A DNA stretch of 64,000 nt from Candidatus Versatilivorator sp. Lineage in GTDB: Bacteria > Acidobacteriota > Terriglobia > Versatilivoradales > Versatilivoraceae. The notes below the pieces were generated by a model. The model had not been told where the DNA came from. It saw only the letters and a program-made list of their open reading frames with translations, and ran no database searches. Of the stretch, positions 49,156 through 58,112 are shown in pieces (the stretch's first letter is position 1; every line of letters begins with the position of its first letter). Position numbers and translations under genes: made by a program. The stretch spans positions 1,600,001 through 1,664,000 of the forward strand of contig OZ242296.1 in the NCBI GenBank assembly GCA_965207735.1, written 5' to 3'.

Positions 49156-50598
49156 TTACCAGGGCAGCGAGAAGGTCTTGACCGTGGACATGAACCTCAT
49201 GGCCTCGATGACCCCTTCCTTGATCCCCAGCCCCGAATCCTTGACGCCGCCGAAGGGGGTGGACTCGATACGGTAGCCCGGCACCTGGTTGACGTTGACC
49301 GTCCCGGTGCGGATTCCCTTGACGGCCCGAATGGCCGCCTGGATATCCCGGGTGACCACTCCGGCGGAAAGCCCGTAAGCGGTGGCGTTGGCCAAGTCGA
49401 TCCCGTCCTCCAGATCGCGGATGGCCAGAATGGGCGCCAGCGGCCCGAAGGACTCCTTGACCACCATCTTGCAGGTTCTGGGCACGTCGGCCACCACCGT
49501 GGGTTCCATGAGAGCTCCCTTGCGGCGCCCGCCGCGGAGGACCCTGGCGCCGGCCTCCACCGCTTCCTCCACCCGCTGCTGAAGTCCGGTCGCCGCCGCC
49601 TCGTCGATCACGGTGCCGACACGGGTGGTCCACTGCTCGGGGTCGCCCGAGATGTACTCGCCGGTTTTCTCCACAAACAGCCGGGTGAAAGGCTCCAGCA
49701 CCCTGTCGTGAACCAGCAGCCGCTTGACGGCAGTACAGCGTTGCCCGGAATTGCGATAGCACCCTTCGGCCGCCAGGCCGGCGGCCAGTTCGAGATCGGC
49801 GTCTTCCAGAATCAACAGGGGCGAGTTGCCTCCCAGCTCCAGGCACAGCTTCTTGTAGCCGGCGATGGCAGCCAGGCGACGGCCGACTGCTCCACTCCCG
49901 GTAAAGGTCACGGCCTCGATGCGGTCATGCATAGCCAGGGGCTCGGCAAATTCCCCGACGGAACCCAGCAGCACACTCAGCATCGGCCCGGGAAGCCCGG
50001 CCTGGTAAAGCAATTCCGCGAATCGGATGGCGGCCAGCGGCGTCTTCTCCGACGGCTTCAGAATCAGGGGCGCCCCGGCGGCCACGGCGGGAGCGATCTT
50101 GTGCACCACCTGGTTCAGGGGATGATTGAAAGGCGCGATGGCCCCCACCAGGGGAACCGGCTCCCGCAGGGTGAAGATCTTCCGGGCCTTGCCGTGAGCA
50201 GAGACATCTCCCGAAAATACCTGGCCCTCGTCCTTGAGTGCCTCGACGGCGGCGCATTGCAGCACGTCCAGGGCCCGACCGACCTCGTAGGTGGTATCTC
50301 GCAGACACAGACCGGACTCTCGTGTCACCAGCAGGGCGAACTCCTCGGCTCGCTGCTGCAGGAGGGAACGGGCCTTCAACAGGACTTCATGCCGCTGGTA
50401 GCGGGTCAGCGAGCCTTTCCAGGCCAGCGCCTCCTCGCAAGCCCGGTCGAGGTGATCGCGCCCCGCCAGGGAGACCGTCCCCACCAGTGCTCCCGAAAAG
50501 GGATTGAAGACCTCCAGGGTGCTGTCGGTCCGGAGCGGCTGCCCTGCCAGATAGCCGGGAAGATCCAGCGTTTCCTCGCGGGACCGGCTGAGCTTCAT
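49156..50598 (-). CDS. phnY: phosphonoacetaldehyde dehydrogenase
   Basis: ALDH motifs PFNHPLNQVVHK, KPSEKTP, FTGS, ELGG, GQRCTA, ESFGP, GIKDSG-like GVKDSG; ATGA-coupled to phnA. Confidence 0.9.
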   Translation of the reverse strand: MKLSRSREETLDLPGYLAGQPLRTDSTLEVFNPFSGALVGTVSLAGRDHLDRACEEALAWKGSLTRYQRHEVLLKARSLLQQRAEEFALLVTRESGLCLRDTTYEVGRALDVLQCAAVEALKDEGQVFSGDVSAHGKARKIFTLREPVPLVGAIAPFNHPLNQVVHKIAPAVAAGAPLILKPSEKTPLAAIRFAELLYQAGLPGPMLSVLLGSVGEFAEPLAMHDRIEAVTFTGSGAVGRRLAAIAGYKKLCLELGGNSPLLILEDADLELAAGLAAEGCYRNSGQRCTAVKRLLVHDRVLEPFTRLFVEKTGEYISGDPEQWTTRVGTVIDEAAATGLQQRVEEAVEAGARVLRGGRRKGALMEPTVVADVPRTCKMVVKESFGPLAPILAIRDLEDGIDLANATAYGLSAGVVTRDIQAAIRAVKGIRTGTVNVNQVPGYRIESTPFGGVKDSGLGIKEGVIEAMRFMSTVKTFSLPW

Positions 50599-51839
50599 CG
50601 GGAACCTCCCTCGCAAAGACAGGCAAACAGGTCGAAATTTCTCGGGTCTTTGGCTCCCTCCGCGCGTGTACACGGTTCGGAAAGCAGCAGGGGCACCGTT
50701 TCCTCGAAGCGGCCGCCGTGGGACCTCAAGCCGCCCCTCAGGGGGCGCAGGTCGTGATACTCGGGCGTGCGGCCCATGACGACGTCCCGGTCCGAAAATA
50801 CCATCAGGTCTCCAATGCGGTCCGGTGGGAGCTCCAGCCGGGTGACCGCATCCGGGCGCCTGCACACCTCGGTCACACCCTGGCGTCGAGACAGCCATTG
50901 GACCACGCTCGCCTCGGACAATCCTTCAGCCAGGTGAACCGTCACCGCCGACCCCAAGGCTCCGTGGTGCACCACGTAGGGGTCGGTGATCGGACAGATC
51001 ACCGTCACGCCCCCGCCAAAACGCTCGCGCAGCTCGCTCTCCAGGTAGATCACGTTGGGCCGGCCGTCGGGCCTGGTCTTGTCATTCATTCCGTGATCGG
51101 CCGTGGCACCGAGGGTGGCGCCCAACTCCAGCAGCCGGCCCAACTGATGGTCGATGGCTTCATAGAAGTCCAGCGCCTGGGGAGCTGACGGTGGATAGCG
51201 GTGCTGCACGTAGTCGGTCAGCGACAGATACAGAAAGTCCGAACGGCCGCTCTCCAGCAGGGCCACGCCCGCCCGCAAGACGAACAGGCTGGCCTCGGCG
51301 CTGTAGATGTCGGGGCTACCCTCCCGGACCGACTCGGCCAGGCCTTCCAGGCCCGGAAGGCCCCGGATCTGATCGGCGGCCCGCTCCGACGAAAAGGCGA
51401 TACCCGAAAGTCCACGGGTCAACAAATCCCGCAGCTTCTCCTTGGCCGTCACCATGGCCACCTTCCTCCCCGATCGGGCGGCGGCTGCCAGGATGGTGTC
51501 GCACCGCAGGTAGCGGCCCGAGTTCATCATGACCTCCGCGCCGCTCCCCGGGTCGAGAAAGAAGTTGCCGGAAATGCCGGTGGCGGAAGGCGGAACACCG
51601 GTGACAATGCAGGCGTTGTTGACGTTGGTGTAGGTGGGAAGTGCGGCCCGCGCCAGCCCGCGGTAGCCGCCGGCAGCCATTCGGGCCAGGTGGGGCATGC
51701 GGTCCCGGGCGAGCGCCACCGTCAGGTAGTCGTCCTCGCAGCCATCCATGCAGATCGCTACCACCGGCTTGGCCGGCGGCCGGTATCGGCGGCCGTTGAC
51801 GGAGAAGGGCGAGGTGGAAATCGTTGGTTTCATGGTCAT
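50595..51839 (-). CDS. phnA: phosphonoacetate hydrolase
   Basis: VNGRRY, CMDGC, PTYTNVNN, GISGN, VTAKEKLR, LTDYVQH, TADHGM, PITDPYVVHHGALGS, LRSHGG. Confidence 0.93.
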   Translation of the reverse strand: MTMKPTISTSPFSVNGRRYRPPAKPVVAICMDGCEDDYLTVALARDRMPHLARMAAGGYRGLARAALPTYTNVNNACIVTGVPPSATGISGNFFLDPGSGAEVMMNSGRYLRCDTILAAAARSGRKVAMVTAKEKLRDLLTRGLSGIAFSSERAADQIRGLPGLEGLAESVREGSPDIYSAEASLFVLRAGVALLESGRSDFLYLSLTDYVQHRYPPSAPQALDFYEAIDHQLGRLLELGATLGATADHGMNDKTRPDGRPNVIYLESELRERFGGGVTVICPITDPYVVHHGALGSAVTVHLAEGLSEASVVQWLSRRQGVTEVCRRPDAVTRLELPPDRIGDLMVFSDRDVVMGRTPEYHDLRPLRGGLRSHGGRFEETVPLLLSEPCTRAEGAKDPRNFDLFACLCEGGSR

Positions 51840-51851
51840 GAAAATCGCTGG

Positions 51852-53114
51852 CTACCGCCGGACAAACAGTGCAATCGAACCGCTGAGCAAACAGGCGCCC
51901 GCCACCACCGGAAATACCAGGCCGGTGTTATCGCCGCTCCGTTGGATCATCCAGCCGATGAAGGGCTCTCCCAGTCCCGCCAGAAGGTAGGCATGCATGT
52001 TCATCACTCCCGTGCCCGTGCCGGCGTAGCGGGTCCCCAAGAGATCCGGACACAGCGCCCAGAAAGCTGACTGGGGACCGTAGGTGAAGAACCCGCAAAG
52101 GGCCAGCAACGCCAGGGACCAGAAGAAATGGTACGGCAACAGGTACATGGCGGTACAGGCCAGAAAGGCGGCCGTCATGAACAGGAAGATGACCCTGGAC
52201 CGATTGGAATGAAAGACCCTATCGGACAGCCAGCCGCTGCAGACCGCTCCCAGGGCCATGCCCACCGGCAGCGCCAGTGTGATCCAGGACCGCGCTGAAA
52301 AACCTCGCCACCCCTTTCCCAGGAAGTGGACCGGCACCCAGGTCAGCAGGCCGTAGCGGGCCAGGCTCTGGAAACCGATGGCCAGGCTGGCGATCATGAA
52401 GCGCCAATTGGAACATACCTGACGATAGCGGTGCCAGGCGGTCTCCCCGTTCTCTTGCCGGCTTGAGGGCGCGGCCCGGTCTTCAGCCGGGTCGGCTTCC
52501 AGGTGGTTGGAGCCGGTGAAACCGAGTTCCGAGGGACGGTCCCGAGCCATCCGGTAGTAGACCGCCCCCCCCAGCAGAAGCAGCAGTACCGGGAGGCGAA
52601 AGATCCAACGCCAATTCAACTCCAGAGCCAAAATGAGATTGGAGGTGGTGAAGGCCAGAACGGAGGACAGGCCGGCCGCGCCCACGTAGAGACCATAGAC
52701 CTTCCCGCGCTCCAGGCGGCCCCACCAATTGGACAGCACCCGGCTTCCCGGAGCCCAGCCCATGGACTGCGCGTAGCCGTTGATGGCCCATGGGACCATC
52801 AGACCCGCCAAGCTGCCGGCGAAGCTCACCCCCCAATTGAACAGGCAGGAAAGCAGCGCCCCCAGGCTGATCATGCGGCGGCCGCCGAACCGATCACCCA
52901 GGTTGCCGTTGACGGCCTGCCCGGCGGCATAGCACCACAACATGGCGCTGCTGACCCACCCCAGGCTGGCCTTGCCGATGCCCAACTCCTGCTCGATGCC
53001 CGGAATGGCGAAGCCGAAGGTCTGTCGGCCGGTGTAGTAGAAAAAGTAGCAGAGCATGGTGGCCCACAGAATGCGCCACTGAGCCCGCCGAAACCGACGG
53101 TCCTCACCTGCCAT
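51852..53114 (-). CDS. MFS transporter, organophosphate:Pi antiporter (GlpT/UhpT-like)
   Basis: YFFYYTGR, GNLGDRFGGR, NGYAQSMGW, WWGRLERG, GWLSDR, YGPQ; about 12 TM segments. Confidence 0.88.
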   Translation of the reverse strand: MAGEDRRFRRAQWRILWATMLCYFFYYTGRQTFGFAIPGIEQELGIGKASLGWVSSAMLWCYAAGQAVNGNLGDRFGGRRMISLGALLSCLFNWGVSFAGSLAGLMVPWAINGYAQSMGWAPGSRVLSNWWGRLERGKVYGLYVGAAGLSSVLAFTTSNLILALELNWRWIFRLPVLLLLLGGAVYYRMARDRPSELGFTGSNHLEADPAEDRAAPSSRQENGETAWHRYRQVCSNWRFMIASLAIGFQSLARYGLLTWVPVHFLGKGWRGFSARSWITLALPVGMALGAVCSGWLSDRVFHSNRSRVIFLFMTAAFLACTAMYLLPYHFFWSLALLALCGFFTYGPQSAFWALCPDLLGTRYAGTGTGVMNMHAYLLAGLGEPFIGWMIQRSGDNTGLVFPVVAGACLLSGSIALFVRR

Positions 53115-53128
53115 GTTTAGTTTCCTGG

Positions 53129-53300
53129 CGTGCCTGAAACAACCGAAAAAAGACAAAAGAAAAAGACTTATCCACGAAGGGGCACGAAGAACGACGAAGG
53201 GACACTAAGGCGCTGAGGTTAACCGCGACGCGGTACCAAGGTCGCGAAAGGATTGATCGATTTCCGATTGTTTCACCCTCGCATGATCCGCCCTCCAGGG
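53129..53300 (+). repeat. dispersed ~180-bp intergenic element, copy C
   Basis: Near-identical to 3888-4060. Confidence 0.9.
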
Positions 53301-53440
53301 CTCTTTTTCGGTCGGCCCTGACCGTCTCCCTCCAAAGCGGCGCAACGGAGCCGGAACCGGTGTGGTCCGGAGCAGAAACGTCTGGGAAATCGGCTGGACC
53401 GCTTGCTTTGAAAAGTCAGCAGTTTTGCTCGCCCTGGCAA

Positions 53441-54469
53441 TCATCCGCCCAGGCTGATCATCTCTATTTTCTTGTGATCCTCGGCGCGATATCCCTGCCG
53501 GGAATGGAGGGCCTCCAGCCGGGACTCCGAGTAACGGTCGCTCCTGCGATTCCAAATGGAGACCACCCGGCTGCGAAGCTCCCGATCAGAGGCTCCCGCG
53601 CGCATTGGCATCTTGAGGTCGTGTCCGACCTCCGAAAACAGGCAGGTAACAAAATTCCCGTCCGCGGTCAGCCTGGCTCGGCTGCATCCACCGCAAAAGG
53701 GTTCGGTGACCGAAGCAATCACACCGAAATCCCCGCCGCCGTCAGCAAACCGGTAGTCCACTGCCGGTGCCCTGCCCTGCTCGCGGCCCACTTCGGTCAT
53801 GGGGAAAACGGTACGGATGCGCTCCAGAATCTCTTCCTTGGAAACCATCTTCTCGGACTTCCAACTGTTGGAATTCCCGACGTCCATGTATTCGATGAAT
53901 CGAATACCGAACCCGTGGGAGCGAGAAAACTCCACCAGCGAGACGATCTCGTCGTCGTTGACGCCCCGTTCCAAAACCGTGTTGAGCTTGATCGGATGGA
54001 AGCCCTGGCTCCGGGCGGCAAGCAGTCCTTCCAACACTTTGGCCAGGTTGCCCCGCTTGACGATCCGCTTGAATTTTTCCGGATCCAGAGTATCCAGGCT
54101 GACGTTGATTCGTTTCAGTCCCGCCGCCTTGAGGAGGGAGGCTTGCTCGGCCAGCAGGGCCCCATTGGTGGTCAGGCACAGGTCCCGTAGACCCCCGAGA
54201 GAGGCCAGCCTCTCCACCAGCCGGTGCAGGTCCTTGCGCAGGAGAGGCTCGCCTCCGGTCAAGCGAATTCTCTCCACACCCAGCCCGACAAAAATGCGCG
54301 CGAGCCGTTCGATCTCCTCAAAGGTCAGGATCTCCTGCTTGGCGATCCAGACATATTCGTCAAAGGGCATGCAATAGGTGCAGCGAAAGTTGCACCGATC
54401 CGTCACCGAGATTCTCAGGTCCTTCAGGGGACGCTCAAAAGTATCGACCAGCATGAGGGAAACCACCAC
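53441..54469 (-). CDS. moaA: GTP 3',8-cyclase
   Basis: LRISVTDRCNFRCTYCM, TGGEPLLR, RFIEYM, FCGGCSRARLTADG...CLF, MISLGG. Confidence 0.97.
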   Translation of the reverse strand: MVVSLMLVDTFERPLKDLRISVTDRCNFRCTYCMPFDEYVWIAKQEILTFEEIERLARIFVGLGVERIRLTGGEPLLRKDLHRLVERLASLGGLRDLCLTTNGALLAEQASLLKAAGLKRINVSLDTLDPEKFKRIVKRGNLAKVLEGLLAARSQGFHPIKLNTVLERGVNDDEIVSLVEFSRSHGFGIRFIEYMDVGNSNSWKSEKMVSKEEILERIRTVFPMTEVGREQGRAPAVDYRFADGGGDFGVIASVTEPFCGGCSRARLTADGNFVTCLFSEVGHDLKMPMRAGASDRELRSRVVSIWNRRSDRYSESRLEALHSRQGYRAEDHKKIEMISLGG

Positions 54470-54495
54470 TGCCCAACAATCGGCAACTACCTATG

Positions 54496-54532
54496 AAAAA
54501 AGGCCATTCCTCCTCTCGGAAAAATGGCCTTC
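54496..54532 (-). terminator. Rho-independent terminator after erpA/iscA
   Basis: aaggccatt...aatggcctt stem followed by a T-run on the minus strand. Confidence 0.65.
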
Positions 54533-54580
54533 GAATCTCTGCGACTCGGATCCGCAATCAGACCCCGAATGGCTGCCGAG

Positions 54581-54904
54581 CTACACGTGGAAGGATTCGC
54601 CGCAACCGCAGGTGCTCTTGACGTTGGGGTTGTGGAACTTGAAGCCGGAGCCGGTGAGGCTTTCAATGAAGTCGATCTCGGTTCCGTCCAGATAGATCAT
54701 GCTCCCCTTGTCGACGAAGACCTTGAAGCCATTCAACTCAAGTATCTCATCCCCTCCGTTGGCTTGCTTCTCGAAGCCCATCTGATACTGAAAGCCCGAG
54801 CACCCGCCGCCCACGATCTGAACTCGCAGACCGGCGTACGCCTCCTGTTGGCTGTCCAGTATTTCCTTGACCTTACCCTGAGCTTTGTCGGTGATGTTAA
54901 GCAT
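54581..54904 (-). CDS. erpA: A-type Fe-S carrier (HesB/IscA/ErpA)
   Basis: GGGCSGFQY, GFKFHNPNVKSTCGCGESF. Confidence 0.92.
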   Translation of the reverse strand: MLNITDKAQGKVKEILDSQQEAYAGLRVQIVGGGCSGFQYQMGFEKQANGGDEILELNGFKVFVDKGSMIYLDGTEIDFIESLTGSGFKFHNPNVKSTCGCGESFHV

Positions 54905-54982
54905 TGCGTTTGCGGCTCCTTTCAGCCCCTCCAGCGATGACGACTGCTTGATAGAATTATTGTAGCCATTCCGGCAAAAAAA

Positions 54983-55966
54983 TCAATCCTCTGCATTGGA
55001 AGAAACTTCCGGCGCGCCTTCCTGAAGCACTCCGTTCCAAGGAGGAACCACGATCGAAACGTCCCCGTAGCACTTGGATTGGCAGGCCAATCGAACCACC
55101 GGATGCTTCCGGGCGGTTTCTGCCGGGGGAGCGTAGCCGAAATACTGCAGACGGCGCTTTTCGAATGGGGTCATTTCAGAAAGGTTTTCCTGTCCGGAAA
55201 GCACCCCGATCCAGCAGTAGCCGCACGCGCCGCTGCGGCACTGCACCGGTACGGGTCCGGCAATGCGCCTCTGATCCAACTCCCGAAAATCCCTCGGATC
55301 GTTCCCGCTGGCCATCGACAGGTCCTGCCCTTCCAAGGCCTCAAAGCAGGACTCCGGCGTGTTCTCGTCAAAGGTCACCCGGTATCTCTTTGATTTCCAG
55401 ATCAGGGACTTCCAGCTCCGGCCCCCCCGCCTTCGCAACTTCAACACCTCGGCCACCGATTTCGGGCGCCCGTTGGGGACCAGGTCGGCAGCACCCTTGG
55501 CCAACGAGGACAAGCCCACTTGCCGCAGCACCATCATCCCCACCGCAACGATGCCGGTCAGCAGAGACGGCTCCACCCGGAGCCTGGCGGCCAGCCGGCC
55601 GGACAACTCCAGCACGTGGGCATCCAGGCCGGTTTCTTGGGGTTCCGAGATCTCCTCGGCGTAGGCCATCACCGCCCGCTTGACTTCCGGCCAATAGCTC
55701 GACCCGAACAGAAAGGCCACCGAGGCATCGATCTGCTCCTCCAGACGCGGCGTGCCGTCCAACTGAAAGTCCTTGAATACCTGGGCCGGATCGGGGGATC
55801 GGTCCAGAGCCAGCCGAAGCTTCAAGGGCCAGAAGGCAAACCAGATACGAGTAGCCTGGCTGTCAACCGGATGGATTTGGGAAAGAATTCGAGTCACGGA
55901 CTCGGCCCACGCGCTCTCTTCCAACTGACTCAAATAGCTTTCGAAAACCGTCTTGCCGGCAGCCAT
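54983..55966 (-). CDS. protein with unknown N-terminal domain and C-terminal [2Fe-2S] ferredoxin domain
   Basis: CRSGACGYC...RLACQ plant-type 2Fe-2S motif; about 190-aa helical N-terminus not recognised. Confidence 0.8.
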   Translation of the reverse strand: MAAGKTVFESYLSQLEESAWAESVTRILSQIHPVDSQATRIWFAFWPLKLRLALDRSPDPAQVFKDFQLDGTPRLEEQIDASVAFLFGSSYWPEVKRAVMAYAEEISEPQETGLDAHVLELSGRLAARLRVEPSLLTGIVAVGMMVLRQVGLSSLAKGAADLVPNGRPKSVAEVLKLRRRGGRSWKSLIWKSKRYRVTFDENTPESCFEALEGQDLSMASGNDPRDFRELDQRRIAGPVPVQCRSGACGYCWIGVLSGQENLSEMTPFEKRRLQYFGYAPPAETARKHPVVRLACQSKCYGDVSIVVPPWNGVLQEGAPEVSSNAED

Positions 55967-55997
55967 GATCCCGTTATTCCGCCTTTCCCGCCCAACC

Positions 55998-56030
55998 AAA
56001 AAATGGGCTATCCGTCACGGATAGCCCATT
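55998..56030 (-). terminator. Rho-independent terminator after the radical SAM gene
   Basis: aatgggctatccg / cggatagcccatt perfect stem followed by a T-run on the minus strand. Confidence 0.85.
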
Positions 56031-56066
56031 GAAACCCTCTCCTGGCCCCAATCCTCGCAACCACCG

Positions 56067-58112
56067 TTACTTGGAGGGAGCTGAGATCTGGACCAGTTCG
56101 TCCGGTTTCTTGTTGAGGACCATTTCCTCGTAGACCTCACGCATCTTGGCCGCCTCCCGGGCCGCCTTCCTGCGCATCCGCGCCTCGTCGGCCGCCGTCT
56201 GCGGGCCATCGCTCAGCGATCTCACTCTGGCTGCATCCTCGGCATCCACCCTGAGAAAGTGATCGTAGCTCTCCAGGCCGACCTTCTTGCCCTTGGCGAA
56301 CACCTCGTGCTTCCCGTGGTTCCTGTACCATTCGGCCACGGTGGCATTCTTGTGCATGTTCTCGATGATCTTCCGCCATCCCACCCCGGTGTTGTAAGCA
56401 CAGAAGGAGATCTCTCCCTCCTGGGTGGCGTAGGGAATGATGCACATCTCGGTCCGCCGGAAGTCGTAGTTGAAGAGATCCTGGAACCACATTCCCGAGA
56501 TAAAGAGGAAATTCCAGGGATCCGAGCGGCGCTTCTTGATGTCCTCAATGGTTCGGCTGGGGTCCGACTTGCCATATTTAAGGTCGGCGTCGCCGGAGGT
56601 ATTCCAGGTCTTGTCGAACTTCTTGAGGATATCGGACAGAACCAGACTCGGCGGCGCCTTGAAGGGGGAGTAGTTCTTCAGCAGCGCCATCGCCATCATG
56701 AAGTTGGAGAAGCTCTTGCCTCGAGCCGCGTCGGTAATCATGCGCATGTCCCCCATCAACCCGGGGACGTCGATGAACTGGGGAACCGCGGCCACCTCCT
56801 TGTTCTCCTTGTTGATCATTAAGGCCGTGCCCACGCCGCAATTGGGGTGGCAGCCGCAACTGAACGTGCCCCATTCCCGGTCGGGGCCGTGCACCAGATC
56901 CGCGTAGTCGGCAAAGCCCCCCATGATCGAAATCGGAAACCAGTCCCGGGTCGGTTCAGCGATCCCGGTCTGAGTCTTCACGTCGCTGGCCATGTGAGAC
57001 AGCGTGTAGCGCTGGCGGTGGCGGCGATCGGGGGTGATCTCCTCATCCCGGCCGGTGAAGGAGACCGGCTGGAAGGCGATGAAGGCGATCTTCTTGGGGT
57101 TGTCGATAGCAAACCGGATGATGGGGCCAACCTGGTCGTTGTTGACTTCGTTGATCAGGGTGGTCACCAGAACGATCTCAATGCCGGCTTCGTGCATGTT
57201 GTTGATCGCTCTCAGCTTGACGTCGAAGAGATTGCCGATCTGGCGGTGGCTGTTGGCGTCGTTGCCGATCCCGTCGAACTGCAGGTAGGCGTAGCGCAGT
57301 CCGGCCTCGGCGGCCTTGCGCGAAAACTCCTTGCTCTTGGCGAACTCAATGCCGTTGGTCGCCGCCTGCACACTGTTGTATCCCAGGTCGCGCGCCAACT
57401 TGACCGCCTTTAGGAAATAGGGCGACATGGTCGGCTCTCCGCCGGAAAACTGAATGGACATCTGTCTCCTGGGCTTGATTTCCAGGGCGTTGGTCATGAT
57501 CTCCTGGATGTCTTCCCAACTGAGCTCATGAACATAGCCCACCTGGTTGGCATCCATGAAACAGGGATCGCACATCATGTTGCAGCGGTTGGTAAGGTCC
57601 ACGGTCAGGACCGATCCCCTGCCGTATTTGATGGTGCTGGTGCCGTGCTTGTGCAACCGCTCGTCGTTGTGAGCCCGGATGTCCCGGCCGGGAAAGTTGC
57701 TCTCGATCCAGTTCAGAAACTCCACGTCCTTGGCCATCATGTCCTCGAACTTGCCATGCTGCGGACACTCCTTGTCCATCCACACCTCGCCGTTCCGCTC
57801 GACGATCTGCGCCTTGATTTCACCCACGTGTTCGGTCACCAGCGATTGCCAGTCCTGCTCTCCGTTGATGATCCTCTCTCTGGCCTCCATCACGCAGACG
57901 GGGCAAAGGGAGTCAGTGGTTCTGGGGAACCCCAGGGTGGGTTTGGACTTTTCCCAAGACTTCTGCAGGGGCTTGTCCGACCATTTGGGCGTAAAGGACG
58001 GATTGGGGAAATGCTTGTTGAAGAGCTGGATGGTGTTGAACACAACGCCGGCCGCCGAACATGCGGCGGAGTCCACGTATTTCATGAGGCGTTTGCCTGT
58101 TGCGCTAGACAT
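56067..58112 (-). CDS. radical SAM protein of the tetraether synthase (Tes/GDGT-MAS, MJ0619) family
   Basis: N-terminal SLCPVC...KECPQHG, DLTNRCNMMCDPCF, QFSGGEPT, TNGI, YLQFDG, FQPVSFTGR, CHPNCG, FQDLFNYD...C...SFCAYN. Confidence 0.82.
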   Translation of the reverse strand: MSSATGKRLMKYVDSAACSAAGVVFNTIQLFNKHFPNPSFTPKWSDKPLQKSWEKSKPTLGFPRTTDSLCPVCVMEARERIINGEQDWQSLVTEHVGEIKAQIVERNGEVWMDKECPQHGKFEDMMAKDVEFLNWIESNFPGRDIRAHNDERLHKHGTSTIKYGRGSVLTVDLTNRCNMMCDPCFMDANQVGYVHELSWEDIQEIMTNALEIKPRRQMSIQFSGGEPTMSPYFLKAVKLARDLGYNSVQAATNGIEFAKSKEFSRKAAEAGLRYAYLQFDGIGNDANSHRQIGNLFDVKLRAINNMHEAGIEIVLVTTLINEVNNDQVGPIIRFAIDNPKKIAFIAFQPVSFTGRDEEITPDRRHRQRYTLSHMASDVKTQTGIAEPTRDWFPISIMGGFADYADLVHGPDREWGTFSCGCHPNCGVGTALMINKENKEVAAVPQFIDVPGLMGDMRMITDAARGKSFSNFMMAMALLKNYSPFKAPPSLVLSDILKKFDKTWNTSGDADLKYGKSDPSRTIEDIKKRRSDPWNFLFISGMWFQDLFNYDFRRTEMCIIPYATQEGEISFCAYNTGVGWRKIIENMHKNATVAEWYRNHGKHEVFAKGKKVGLESYDHFLRVDAEDAARVRSLSDGPQTAADEARMRRKAAREAAKMREVYEEMVLNKKPDELVQISAPSK

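Noticed and set aside
49000-50757. Long antisense ORFs (e.g. 49000-50757, 9093-10406, 15836-17236, 26633-27886, 62522-63949)
   Set aside because: Shadows of well-supported genes in high-GC DNA, with no recognisable motifs
53441-58112. Single operon tes-ferredoxin-erpA-moaA
   Set aside because: Intrinsic terminators at 55998-56030 and 54496-54532 split it; linkage is positional only
56067-58112. Calling the radical SAM gene a MoaA paralog or pterin methyltransferase
   Set aside because: A canonical moaA is at 53441; the pterin-methyltransferase label is the older annotation of MJ0619, later shown to be the tetraether synthase
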